The notes: a model not told the origin generated them from the sequence alone. A DNA stretch of 27,584 nt from an uncultured Chitinophagales bacterium (GCA_964451125.1 CAYVGM010000006.1:1-27584), one strand, 5' to 3'; counted from the first letter of the stretch, positions 1 to 9,950 are shown. Program-made: numbers and translations.

Positions 1-146
1 ACAAGGGTACTTTTCCGTCGGATGAAAACATCCGACGGCACGGAAAGGTCTTCCGCTACTGTGCCGTCAGGTCTTCCGACCTGACGGATGTACCGAACCA
101 ACAAGGGTACTTTTCCGTCGGATGAAAACATCCGACGGCACGGAAA
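1..146. repeat. REP/BIME-like palindromic repeat cluster (may continue beyond window start)
   Basis: 46-bp unit acaagggtacttttccgtcggatgaaaacatccgacggcacggaaa at 1-46 and 101-146, with hairpin ccgtcggatg-aaaa-catccgacgg. Between them is an oppositely oriented variant, gtgccgtcagg-tcttccga-cctgacgg-atgtacc. Confidence 0.8.
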
Positions 147-273
147 AACTATCAATTCAAAATTTGGCAAACGGCTACTATTTTATCTTTTATAACGATA
201 AGGTATATAAATTTTTGAAACAGTAGAGCTTCTGATTTCACATTTTATTTCAGGAAGCAACCGACTTTATAAA

Positions 274-1221
274 TCAATAATAAGAAAAGACCAAATGAAT
301 GATGTATGTTTGACCGCTTAACTGATCTGATTCATAAGTTAACATATTCTTACCTGTGGAGGAAATTGTAATGTAAGCAATTCTGCCCTGATCAAAAACA
401 TAATTAAATTTGCAACTTCCAATCCTGTTTCCTGTAATTGTAAAGTAATCATAAGTATTTATTTCAGCCGGAATCTTGTCTATCATTTTTAATCCTTTAT
501 ATTGAGTAGCACTACTTGGAAAGAATGCATTCGAAGTTAAATTATCACGGTTTAAGAATAGTAAATCATTCATAAACGACAGTAATTCAGTATTTTGAAT
601 GGTAGAATAATACACTGAAGCCTTTATCAGAACTTGATGATTAACATACGCATCAAACGGATAGGTTAGAAATATGGCAGAATCCTGATTTTTGTCCAGT
701 AACATAGTTCCATACGATGTATATGATGGTTCAAAGTAAGTAGTTATATGCGAAGTATATGCGGTAGCATTGTTACCGGTATACTGTACAGCATCTACCT
801 TGGTATTATAATACAAAGCGTTACTATTATATCCAGTAAGGCGTTGAGTATTGTGGTTGTAATAATATTTCTGATAGTAAATATCTGTCTCAGGTATCAG
901 TAGTTTGCAAAGCAAAGAATCCTGATTATAGATTAAGTAGATACTATCTTCTTTGGGGTTACTAATCCCATAACTTACACGCCCTGTATATGCTATTAAC
1001 CTGTTTTTGTCATAATAATATTGCATCCTTTGATAAGTATCTGTATTAAAGGTATCTATTCCATCCGTATAATCATAATACATCTCTATTGATTTCAGCT
1101 TCCCGCTCCACTCGGAGGGCTTAGGGATAAAGTATTGTCGGGGATCAACAAGCGTAGTTGTTTCTTTTTTGCAGGCACACAATGCCAAGGCGTAGAAAAT
1201 GCAAATTGTTAGATGTTTCAT
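274..1221 (-). CDS. Hypothetical lipoprotein, probably surface-exposed (315 aa)
   Basis: Signal peptide with lipobox LCA-C followed by KKET (charged, similar to the Bacteroidetes lipoprotein export signal). Tyr/Asn-rich body; no family recognised. Confidence 0.75.
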   Translation of the reverse strand: MKHLTICIFYALALCACKKETTTLVDPRQYFIPKPSEWSGKLKSIEMYYDYTDGIDTFNTDTYQRMQYYYDKNRLIAYTGRVSYGISNPKEDSIYLIYNQDSLLCKLLIPETDIYYQKYYYNHNTQRLTGYNSNALYYNTKVDAVQYTGNNATAYTSHITTYFEPSYTSYGTMLLDKNQDSAIFLTYPFDAYVNHQVLIKASVYYSTIQNTELLSFMNDLLFLNRDNLTSNAFFPSSATQYKGLKMIDKIPAEINTYDYFTITGNRIGSCKFNYVFDQGRIAYITISSTGKNMLTYESDQLSGQTYIIHLVFSYY

Positions 1222-1388
1222 TTATATCATTTTTAATGGGTATATAGTTTTTTGCAACTGTTTTGCTGATATAAAAAATCGCAGTTGCTCAGTAAATTTT
1301 CAAGTTCTTACAATCATAGTAAATATACTACAAAATATTCATACTATTATTGTAAAATTAGTATAATTTACACTTGTTTGGGCTTACT

Positions 1389-1910
1389 CCGTCATTTCGT
1401 CTCGCCTGAGGCGAGTTAGAGAACTCGTTTTGTATGCGGATGTCCAAGACGCATGGGTTTTCTCCTCCTCATGCTTCGTCGTCGGAATGACGGATGTCCG
1501 AGGTGCATGGGATTCCTCTCTGTCGTTCGGAATGACGGTGTATTCCACGTCATCTCGTCTCGCATCAGGGTATTTTCTTACGAATGCAAATAATTGATTT
1601 GCAATACAATACGGATAATAGTTTGTAGGTTGCAAACCAACAAAGGCGAGGGGAGTTCTTTAAAAATATCTTTGAGGCGTTCCATACTTTTTTCCCTCAA
1701 AAAATAATTAATTCTTGACCCACCTTAACCTTCTTTCTTAACAGATGTGAATTACTCGTTTATTTATAATGCGTGTTGCCCTGACAAGTACGCAACGCTA
1801 ATTGCCACGCTGCATACTTGCGCTAGTTGGGGGCATGGGATTCCTCTCTGCCGTTCGGAATGACGGTGTTTTCCTTGTCATCTCGTCTCGCCTCAGGCGA
1901 GAGAGATATC
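1389..1910. repeat. REP/MITE-like GTCAT...GGAATGAC palindromic elements
   Basis: Unit 1389-1492 bounded by ccgtcatttcg / cggaatgacgg. 65-bp direct repeat at 1505-1569 and 1833-1897 (5 mismatches). Internal palindrome ctcgcct-N-aggcgag near 1401-1415 and 1887-1901. Confidence 0.8.
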
Positions 1911-1929
1911 TTTAGAATTTAGCCGTATA

Positions 1930-3684
1930 TCAATATTTTTCACAAACCACTTTTGCATATCTGAAATTACCCTGATATTCAAAGTTAAGTTGAAAGTTAT
2001 TACCTGCCGGATGACCTGCTGGAATGGTATATTCCATCTTATCCATAAAAAGATAGTCCTCATTGGCTTGAAGATTTGGTAGAGTATTTACATTCTCTCT
2101 TATAAATCCGTAGCCGTTTGTATATAATTTATAAGCATGACCAAAGCCACTATTTTGTTTCCATGCATTATCTACCCAGATAAACACGGTAATTACAATT
2201 TTTTGACCCGGATACACAGCGGTAAGATTGCCTGATCTAAGACTTGGTCCATAAGAACCTATCCAAGTGCTTGTATTATTTGTTTCATTATATCCGTCAT
2301 AAAATACGATTTCTTCGACATCCGGCACCCCCTGGCATTTCCATCTCCATCCGTCATAAACTTCTATACATTTTTTAGTAGAGTTGTAGCGTATTGAACC
2401 TTCTACATTTGCCCCTCCACTAGTACCCAATTTTACATAGCCGTTAACATCTAATGTGTTGGTAGGGTCGGCAATATTAATACCCACATTACCTCCGGCT
2501 TCCAATACCAGCCTATTATCGGCTATAGTACTTTCCGTGAATCCCAAGTCATTGTTACCGGATCCTTGCGTGCGTAAATGCCATTGATTGGTACCGGCAT
2601 TATCCTTAAACTGGATTAGGTCTGCATTACCTGCAAGAGGCTGTATGGTTAGCTTCATATTGGGTGTAGTGGTACCGATGCCCACATTGCCGGTTTCATC
2701 AATTCTCATTCTTTCTACTTGAGAATTTCCGCCACCTGTGGTGAAAAACAATCTGCCTGCCCCCGAACTTGCTATATTTATGCCTATTCTTCCTCTGTCA
2801 TTTCCGTCTTGAGTAGTAGATGTAGTAGATGACGCACCGTGTACAAAACCCATCCACCATGTGTCATTTGCATTGCCGGATGTAGTTCCTAATTTGAATA
2901 CGCCATTATTTGGAGCATTGTCTGCTACAGCTAACCTTGCGCCTGGTGAGATAGTCCCGATACCCACGTTGCCATTTTGCAGCAAGCGCATTACATCTGT
3001 ATAAGTTTGACCTCCATAAGTGCCTGATGCGCTATTTCCAACTTGAAAAGCCAATCCATTTTCAGCACCTCCGGCTTTCAAATACGCCACTGAGCCGTCG
3101 TGGGTTAAATACATGTGATCCCACTGGGCAGAGGATACGCCACCTTTTAAACCAATACTACCACTAACAACGTCTAACTTTATATCGGGAGTAGCAGAAG
3201 CACCCGAAAAATCACCGAGACCTACATTACCCGTTACATACTGCGCATCTGATTTAGTGGCAGGTGTAGAGGCTGTAGTTGCTTTGGTCCAGTCGTTTCC
3301 AGCAGCCTAATTTATGGTTCTCCATCCTGCATTTACATACTGAAATATACCTACTCCAGTGGTAGGTGCAATTGATGTGCTATTAAAAATGGCAACATTA
3401 TCATCTAAATTAATGATGGTCAATACCTGCCCTTCCACCGGAGAAGTTGCTGAAACAGCATTGGCTTGTACGCCTGCAACATTGGTAATGTATACCGTAG
3501 AAGTATTCGTTGGTACCGTTATGGTTGCTGCCGCTGCTAAGGAGGTAGGAATAACAGCCAAGCCTCCATTTACGGTTAGTTTGGCAGTAGGTGAGGTAGT
3601 GCCAATACCTACATTGCCGGTTTGAGCTACTACATTCCAGATTGTTAACTGGAAAACGCAGAAAAAAAGAGTAAAAATTTTCAT
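1930..3684 (-). pseudogene. Secreted NVGIGT-repeat fibre/adhesin-like protein, copy A, interrupted by one in-frame TAG (3307-3309)
   Basis: ORFs 3307..3684 and 1930..3114 are in the same frame. The 64 codons between them are open (AAGNDWTKATTASTPATKSDAQYVTGNVGLGDFSGAS...) and match copy B. The TAG aligns with TCG (Ser) in copy B. Signal peptide ends in A-Q. Confidence 0.85.
3312..3624 (-). repeat. 313-bp perfect inverted repeat, arm 1 (partner 22500-22812)
   Basis: Base-by-base comparison: the reverse complement of 3312-3624 equals 22500-22812. After 2 mismatches in 4 bp, a further 30 bp are identical (3278-3307 vs 22817-22846). Confidence 0.95.
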
Positions 3685-3839
3685 AATAAAGTATAATTTA
3701 AAACTTCAACAAGATTAAAAATTTACTTGCAGATACTATCAACAAAAAGCGAATAAAAAATAACATTTCATGCATACTTTAATAAAATACATTACAATAC
3801 CTTTAAAACTTGTATTTTTAATGATAGTTCTAAAACGCA

Positions 3840-4413
3840 TCATATTATGAATCGGATTCTAACAATTACTACATTCCTTTTGATGTTAATAGGTAGTAAT
3901 ATACAAGCGCACACAGGAAGTTTTTTAGAATCTGCATAATAAATACCGGTATGTTTGCCATATCTGCAACAATTTAAATACAAGTATAACAAACTGAAAT
4001 AACGAGATTGAAGGCTAACGAAACGCTCGTAACTGACCGCTTTGGGGAAATAATCTTTAAGATGAATCAAGATGATTTGCCTCTAATAATATTCAAAACA
4101 TTTAAATCCGGACAAGTGATAGAAGATACAAATTGTCTTTATCTCGCTGGCAGCCATTTGCGGAATGTGTGTAGGTATTGAATTTGATTTATGGGGTAAC
4201 TTATGGGGTGCTTGCAACTGTTCAAAAGCATTCATAAAATCATCACAAGAACAAAATATTTCTATTAACTTTGATACGTGTACGATATAATTCATGGTGG
4301 TAAATGGTTTGATTCACCACAAAATTTATCTTCTTTTACAGTTTTATATCGTACACTTATAATATCCTGTTGATAATCTTTATCTTACATGGTTTCTAAT
4401 CCATAATTCACGT
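3840..4413 (-). mobile_element. IS982-family insertion sequence remnant (5' part; transposase with in-frame TAG and truncated)
   Basis: Motifs LIEIFCSCDDF, SEIKTICIFYHLSGFKCF, LKDYFPKAVSYERFV and TGIYYADSKKLPVC resemble IS982 transposase N-halves. In-frame TAG at 4083-4085; resemblance stops near 3909. The left end at 4413 (acgtgaatt on -) is tentative. Confidence 0.8.
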
Positions 4414-4586
4414 TAATTTACCTATGGGATTAATTTGAAGACTTTTTTAACGTCATTTGTTACGACAATATCTAATTTTCTGGTATATATTATACAAACA
4501 CCAAAACCAACCTACGAGGTCAATTTATATTTAGAATTTCAAAAGGTGTTGATTATCAATGTGTTTGATTTTTAACCTACGAGGTG

Positions 4587-7448
4587 TTACATGCCCGGAG
4601 GATGAGGAGGTGGCATAAACTCTTTTGGTTTATCGTCTGTTTGTTTTGCGCTTCCTTTTGTTTTTCGCAAAGTATAAGTGATAGTGCCCATAAAATAGCG
4701 TTGCAATGCCGTACTTTGTACATCTTCAGTATAATTTTCGGTTACATTGCGGCTGATGCTCTTATTTTGATTCAGGATATCATTGGCACTGAATTTAAGT
4801 TCGAGACTTTCGTCTTTTAAAAATTTGTAAGCCAAACTTGCATTTAACAGCCAATAACTCACATCGTAGCTCGAGCTTCCTCCTGCATTTAGCTGATTGC
4901 TTACTACCGTGTTCAATACAAAACCTTTCCAAAACTGATAGTTGATTTTTGCCGATGCTGTATGCGAATAATAATTGGAATTATTTTGCTGTTGCAGTGT
5001 GTTGCGTACAATATTATAAGAACCTGCATACATCAAGGTAAAATCTATCTTTTTGCTGATATTGCTGCTCACTACAAAACCTCCGTTTACAGCATAAGTG
5101 TTTGCATTATTCTGCAACAGATTGATAAGCGTAGGTGTACGGGTATATGCAAAACCGGTGTTGAAATTCATATTACATTTTATTTTTGAAACAGGAAAAC
5201 CATAAGTAATAAATGTTCTTGTCGCCAGATAGCCGTGCATGTTTACCGGATAGCTTAATTGTGTACCATTATTGACAAGCATTTGCTGAATGAGTGTATC
5301 ATTTATTATAGTTTGTGTGGCTATAGAAATATAATTTCTGGTGTTGTTGAACATGGCGAAAATGAACATGTTTGTTGCTTTATCTGTATTCGACCTGCCG
5401 TATCTTAAGCTGATTTGCTGGGCGAAAGCTTGTTTCAGCTCGGGGTTGCCTGTACTTAACAGCAAAGTATTGCTGTTGTCAATTACGTTTTGCAATTGTG
5501 AAATACTTGGAGGATTGGTTGAAGTCCTATAATTGATTCGAAGATTATCTGTCTTGGAAAATTTATAGGTAAATTCAGCATTGGGCAAGGCGGTAATAAA
5601 GTGCTTCTTTATTTTGAAATCGTAGGGAAATTGCTGTACACTGCTCAGAAGTGCACTTTGCCCATTGACACCGACCGCCCAGCTTATTTTATTTTTGTTG
5701 TAACGATAAGCAATTCCTAAGGTACTGGTGATGTATTTATTCAAGAATTGATTGCTTAAAGTTGAGTCTAACTCCGTATAGGAATCAGATAGTGCATTGA
5801 AATTATACGTGTTTTTGTCGGATGCTGAACGTGTATAAGAAGGGTTGTAAGACAATGAGATTTGTCCGGTTTTTTTAATTGGTTCAGTATATACAATTGA
5901 TCCGCCTAGTGTGTAGTTAAGTGTTTTTAAGGATGATTGCTGATCCAGGCTATCTGTTACCTCTAAACTATCTTGCTGGTAATTATTCAAACTCCACAAT
6001 GAGCCGTCATTCGTCTTGGTATTCACATTGGTTTGTAAGCTTGCAGAAATTGTTCTGCCTTTTTTATGCAATTTATGCTGATACAGTATTTCATTATTGA
6101 GTGTGTAGCCTTGTTGCTTTGCCTGTTGATCGTTTTGCAATGTACTGAGTATGCCTTCAGCATTGTTGGTATTCGCCTGCAAGGCAGAACGGTTGTTGTA
6201 ATATTGTGTGGTAAATGAAGGTGTGAAAATCAGTGTATTATTACTGTCTAAGGTATATTCGATTCTGAAATTAAGACGATTGTTGAAATTTTTTGAAACT
6301 GCTTCTTTATTTTCAAGATATACCAGATTGCTGTCATTTGAACTTAAATAATGTCTGTTGGTGTAGCTGTTATTTGTGTTTTTTGAAGCATTAAAAAAAT
6401 AAGAACCCGAGAAATTGACTTTTTTCTTTTTACCCCATTTATCCGCATAATTTACCCCTAATGCAGTAGTAGTAGAGATACCGCTTTGCGGAAAGACCAT
6501 TAAATTGTTCAGTGGGCTGTTTCTGCCCATTCCACTTGGCCCGCCTCTGCCTCCGCCTCTTCCGCCACCACCGGATGAACTTCCCATTGCACCAACCAAA
6601 TCTTGCACGCTGAAATTTTGTATATTGATATTATTGCTCATGGCAAGAATGGAAAATCTGCGGTCGTTTTTGAAATCATTATAGTTGGCACCCACAGTAT
6701 AGCGGTTGCCCGGTCCGCCATATCCCGCATAAAATCTGCCTAATTTCGAGTTGCCTAAAACATTTTTAGTTATAATGTTTAATGTCTTTTGTGCATTGCC
6801 ATCGTCAAATCCGGTAAATGCAGCCTGATCACTCATTTTATCAAAAACCTGAATTTTATCAATTACTTCAGCCGGTAGGTTTTGCAATGCAGTGCGTGTA
6901 TCATCGCCAAAATAGGCTTTTCCGTCCACCAGTACCTTTTTAACTTCTTCACCATTTACTTTTACAGTTCCGTTCTCCGAGGACACACCAGGCATTTTCA
7001 TTAAAAGGTCTTCAGTAGTTGCATCTTTATTAGTTTTAAATGCCTCGGCATTGTATTGTGCTGTATCTCCTTTTTGCAGCACACGAATTTGTTTACCTTC
7101 AATATTGACTTCATTCAGCATTTTTGAATCTTCTTCGAGCTGTATTGGCTCAAGTTGAATATTGTCTTTTACAAAAATTTTCTTCGTAAAAGTTTTATAG
7201 CTGATATAAGAAAACTCAAGCAAATAAGCACCTTGCGGTACATTATCAAGTTCAAAGTGCCCATTCATATCAGATACTGTGCCCAGTTTATAAGTGGTAT
7301 CCCGAATACCGTTAAGCAGAATATTTGCGCCAATAATTTCTGAACTGTCTTTGCTATCTGTAATTCTTCCTGAAATTTTATAGGACTGCCCATTAGAGGG
7401 TAAAACAAATAAAATAAGTAATAGTGAGGCAAATAAAAGTTTAAACAT
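4587..7448 (-). CDS. Outer-membrane beta-barrel protein with N-terminal carboxypeptidase-regulatory-like domain (TonB-receptor-like, OMP_b-brl_3 type)
   Basis: Signal peptide; ISGRITD...IIGANILL N-domain; plug-like TEDLLMKMPGV, VLVDGKAYFGDD and IDKIQVFD; barrel end QRYFMGTITYTL. Probable start is ATG at 7448 (ORF track starts at TTG 7457). Confidence 0.85.
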   Translation of the reverse strand: MFKLLFASLLLILFVLPSNGQSYKISGRITDSKDSSEIIGANILLNGIRDTTYKLGTVSDMNGHFELDNVPQGAYLLEFSYISYKTFTKKIFVKDNIQLEPIQLEEDSKMLNEVNIEGKQIRVLQKGDTAQYNAEAFKTNKDATTEDLLMKMPGVSSENGTVKVNGEEVKKVLVDGKAYFGDDTRTALQNLPAEVIDKIQVFDKMSDQAAFTGFDDGNAQKTLNIITKNVLGNSKLGRFYAGYGGPGNRYTVGANYNDFKNDRRFSILAMSNNINIQNFSVQDLVGAMGSSSGGGGRGGGRGGPSGMGRNSPLNNLMVFPQSGISTTTALGVNYADKWGKKKKVNFSGSYFFNASKNTNNSYTNRHYLSSNDSNLVYLENKEAVSKNFNNRLNFRIEYTLDSNNTLIFTPSFTTQYYNNRSALQANTNNAEGILSTLQNDQQAKQQGYTLNNEILYQHKLHKKGRTISASLQTNVNTKTNDGSLWSLNNYQQDSLEVTDSLDQQSSLKTLNYTLGGSIVYTEPIKKTGQISLSYNPSYTRSASDKNTYNFNALSDSYTELDSTLSNQFLNKYITSTLGIAYRYNKNKISWAVGVNGQSALLSSVQQFPYDFKIKKHFITALPNAEFTYKFSKTDNLRINYRTSTNPPSISQLQNVIDNSNTLLLSTGNPELKQAFAQQISLRYGRSNTDKATNMFIFAMFNNTRNYISIATQTIINDTLIQQMLVNNGTQLSYPVNMHGYLATRTFITYGFPVSKIKCNMNFNTGFAYTRTPTLINLLQNNANTYAVNGGFVVSSNISKKIDFTLMYAGSYNIVRNTLQQQNNSNYYSHTASAKINYQFWKGFVLNTVVSNQLNAGGSSSYDVSYWLLNASLAYKFLKDESLELKFSANDILNQNKSISRNVTENYTEDVQSTALQRYFMGTITYTLRKTKGSAKQTDDKPKEFMPPPHPPGM

Positions 7449-7573
7449 AAATGACAAGAGTAGATATTAGACTGTAAATATCGGGTAAAGTTTAATATGA
7501 AGTTGCAATTTCAGATTTGTTTAATCTTTATTAAGCATTCAATTTTCAGCTAATAGATTTTATTTGCTGGAAG

Positions 7574-8101
7574 CTATTCTTTTTGATTGATTTCAATTTT
7601 ATAAACTGCCCAGTCGAAAAGATTCAAAGTTTCAAATTTTTTGATAAATGCTTTTTTGTCTAACAGCGTTTTTGCAGGTATTTCAGCAATGCCCAGCATA
7701 TCATCATCATCAATAAATTCGTAATATCCTTTTTTGTTTTTTAATAATTCTTTGAAATAAACCCTACAGATGGCATCAAAGGCTTTCAGTTGTTTGCGTG
7801 TGTCTTGTTCTATCAAAACCAGACGCAGGGTATCTGTACTTAAAAGGGAGTCTGTTTTAAAGCTATATATTTTTGTTTTGTGCGATGAATCAGCCACAAA
7901 ATACTCGCGTACCAATGGAAGTGGATTTTCAATGTTAACTGATTTCTTATACAACAATAAAACCAGCTCATCATTGAAAGTAGCTCCTGGTGCAAGGTCT
8001 TCGCTCAAATCTATCGTTTTTATCTTTATGCTGTAAGTCAGCGAATCTGCATGAGCAGTAATCATATACATGCAACAGGCTAAAAAAAGTAGTTTCTTCA
8101 T
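7574..8101 (-). CDS. Hypothetical exported protein (~175 aa)
   Basis: MKKLLFLACCMYMITAHA signal peptide from ATG 8101 (ORF track starts at 8131); no family recognised. Confidence 0.65.
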   Translation of the reverse strand: MKKLLFLACCMYMITAHADSLTYSIKIKTIDLSEDLAPGATFNDELVLLLYKKSVNIENPLPLVREYFVADSSHKTKIYSFKTDSLLSTDTLRLVLIEQDTRKQLKAFDAICRVYFKELLKNKKGYYEFIDDDDMLGIAEIPAKTLLDKKAFIKKFETLNLFDWAVYKIEINQKE

Positions 8102-8189
8102 AGTTGAATTTTTATGTATTAACAATTTCACCGGAACGTTAGTTTATTTTAGCTTTTAAAATAGCACATTTTAACTAATTTCATACATT

Positions 8190-8837
8190 ATGCTGAACAC
8201 TACATTTATTTCAGTCCAAAAAACGGCAAGAATTTTTACGTATGGCAACCTTACCGCTAAGACCAAGCTGATATGGATGGTAGCACATGGGTACGGACAA
8301 TTAGCCGCTTATACAATTAAAAAGTTTGAAGTACTGCATCCTGAAGAGCATTTTGTTATTGTACCCGAGGCACTCAATCGATTTTATCTGGATGGATTAT
8401 CAGGTAGGGTAGGTGCAAGTTGGATGACAACAGAAGATCGGGAGCATGAGATTGCCGACCATATTTTATACTTAGAAAAAGTTTATGAAACATTAATTTT
8501 ACATTCAGGTGCAAAAGTGGTGGCTTTTGGCTTCTCGCAAGGGGCAAGTACGATATGCAGATGGGCTTTGCAAACACAGAAACCGTTGAATAACATCGTT
8601 TTATGGGGAGGTAGCATTCCGAATGAATGTCTGGAACAGGTGGATCGACTTAACAAATTAACTCCTTATTTATTGGTAGGCGATACAGATATCTACATCA
8701 GTGAGGAAAGAAAAGAAGAGGTTATGAAAAATTTACGTAATATTGGCTTAACATTTTCACATATTTTTTACAAAGGCGGTCATTCTATCGTAACTGAACC
8801 TTTAATCGAACTCTCTGCCCGCTTAACACAAACCTAA
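8190..8837 (+). CDS. Alpha/beta-hydrolase (phospholipase/carboxylesterase-like esterase)
   Basis: HGYGQ oxyanion motif, GFSQG nucleophile elbow, GDTD and GGH acid/His motifs. Confidence 0.85.
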   Translation: MLNTTFISVQKTARIFTYGNLTAKTKLIWMVAHGYGQLAAYTIKKFEVLHPEEHFVIVPEALNRFYLDGLSGRVGASWMTTEDREHEIADHILYLEKVYETLILHSGAKVVAFGFSQGASTICRWALQTQKPLNNIVLWGGSIPNECLEQVDRLNKLTPYLLVGDTDIYISEERKEEVMKNLRNIGLTFSHIFYKGGHSIVTEPLIELSARLTQT

Positions 8838-8848
8838 CCTTGCCGCCC

Positions 8849-8856
8849 TATTTTTG
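8849..8856 (+). promoter_or_regulatory. Candidate Bacteroidetes -7 box (TATTTTTG) for rlpA
   Basis: Matches TAnnTTTG 30 bp upstream of the start codon. Confidence 0.45.
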
Positions 8857-8885
8857 CATCAGCTTTTTGAACGAAACGAAATGCT

Positions 8886-9755
8886 ATGAAAAAAATTGCC
8901 ACCATATTTATATTAAACCTGATGTGTGTATTACTCGCATCAGCTCAGGTAGAGTACGGCGTTGCATCGTATTATGGTATTGAGTTTGAAGGAAGACCCA
9001 CTGCGTCAGGTGAAATTTATTATCAGAATAAACTGACTGCGGCACATAAAACCATGAAACTCGGCACAGTAGTGAAAGTAACTAACACTAAAAACCATAA
9101 ATCCGTTTATGTAAAAGTAAATGACAGAGGACCATATATTAAAGGAAGAGTCCTAGATTTATCTACCAAAGCTGCTCAAATACTAGGGTACAGAAATGCA
9201 GGTACATGCACCGTAAAAATTGAGACGGTACATCCTAATGAAGTCCCTAAAGATTTAATGGCTGCTACTGTCAAATTAAATAAAAAGCCTGATTTAGAAA
9301 AAACTCCTGTAAACGATAGTGCGGAAAGCAGAGATGCAACATGGGAAAATATTCCGACCATAGATACCGATATTTTTAACCCTTATGCTCCCACCACTAA
9401 TCAATCGTCTCCTTCCTCAAATTCCAATGCACCTGCCAACGAATGGAAATTAAAAGGAACTGAAGCCATAGGCAACCGCAAACCTTATTACGTTATTACT
9501 AAACATAATAAAGAAAATGACGGATTCTTTGGCATCCAGTTAGGAGTGTTTTCTGACCCATCTATTATTTTTGAAATAGCAGACAGCATTTGCAATGATT
9601 ATGACCACGAAGTAATAATTGAACAATCTACATTGAATGATAAGCCTGTGTACAAATTATACATTGGTAAATTTCAAAATAAAACCTATGCTGATGCGCT
9701 CAAATTAAGCATGACAGATAGATTTAAAGACGCATTTGTTGTACGCTACGAATAA
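8886..9755 (+). CDS. rlpA: Septal ring lytic transglycosylase RlpA-family protein with C-terminal SPOR-like domain
   Basis: GVASYYG...TASGE...LTAAHKT...VKVNDRGPY...LDLS DPBB motif; low-complexity linker; FGIQLGVF...YKLYIGKF...AFVV SPOR-like end. Confidence 0.9.
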   Translation: MKKIATIFILNLMCVLLASAQVEYGVASYYGIEFEGRPTASGEIYYQNKLTAAHKTMKLGTVVKVTNTKNHKSVYVKVNDRGPYIKGRVLDLSTKAAQILGYRNAGTCTVKIETVHPNEVPKDLMAATVKLNKKPDLEKTPVNDSAESRDATWENIPTIDTDIFNPYAPTTNQSSPSSNSNAPANEWKLKGTEAIGNRKPYYVITKHNKENDGFFGIQLGVFSDPSIIFEIADSICNDYDHEVIIEQSTLNDKPVYKLYIGKFQNKTYADALKLSMTDRFKDAFVVRYE

Positions 9756-9897
9756 TATACCGTATTTGTTTTTAATAAAGTCCAAACTTCACTACATTCA
9801 ATTGTATATTTTTAAACTACAACGACATAAGTTTATTTTTCTGGTCTAAAGAACAGAATACATTTAGTATAAGAAAAAAAGTAACCACCAGCCAAAT

Positions 9898-9933
9898 AAA
9901 AAGCCGCTTCAAGAGGAGCGGCTTTAATTTTTT
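9898..9933. terminator. Probable bidirectional intrinsic terminator
   Basis: Stem aaagccgct / agcggcttt flanked by A and T runs, between convergent rlpA and DUF2795 genes. Confidence 0.75.
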
Positions 9934-9950
9934 AGAAAAAGACAATTGGT

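Noticed and set aside
1-146. CRISPR array
   Set aside because: Two copies only, the 'spacer' is itself an inverted variant of the repeat, and there are no cas genes.
1384-1635. 83-aa ORF
   Set aside because: It is a translation of REP/MITE-like repeat sequence with an atypical start.
3305-3312. DGR-like adenine-specific mismatches (both differences are A in copy A)
   Set aside because: Only two mismatches, located mid-gene rather than in a 3' variable region, and no reverse transcriptase in the window.
3307-4085. TAG reassignment or pyrrolysine (two in-frame TAGs 776 bp apart)
   Set aside because: TAG ends several conserved genes at their normal positions (e.g. 14202, 14821, tnaA 16576), and the IS is also truncated.
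4509-4585. 12-bp direct repeat aacctacgaggt (4509-4520, 4574-4585) as an IS target duplication
   Set aside because: Both copies lie on the same side of the IS and enclose only 53 bp; more likely degenerate short palindromic repeats.
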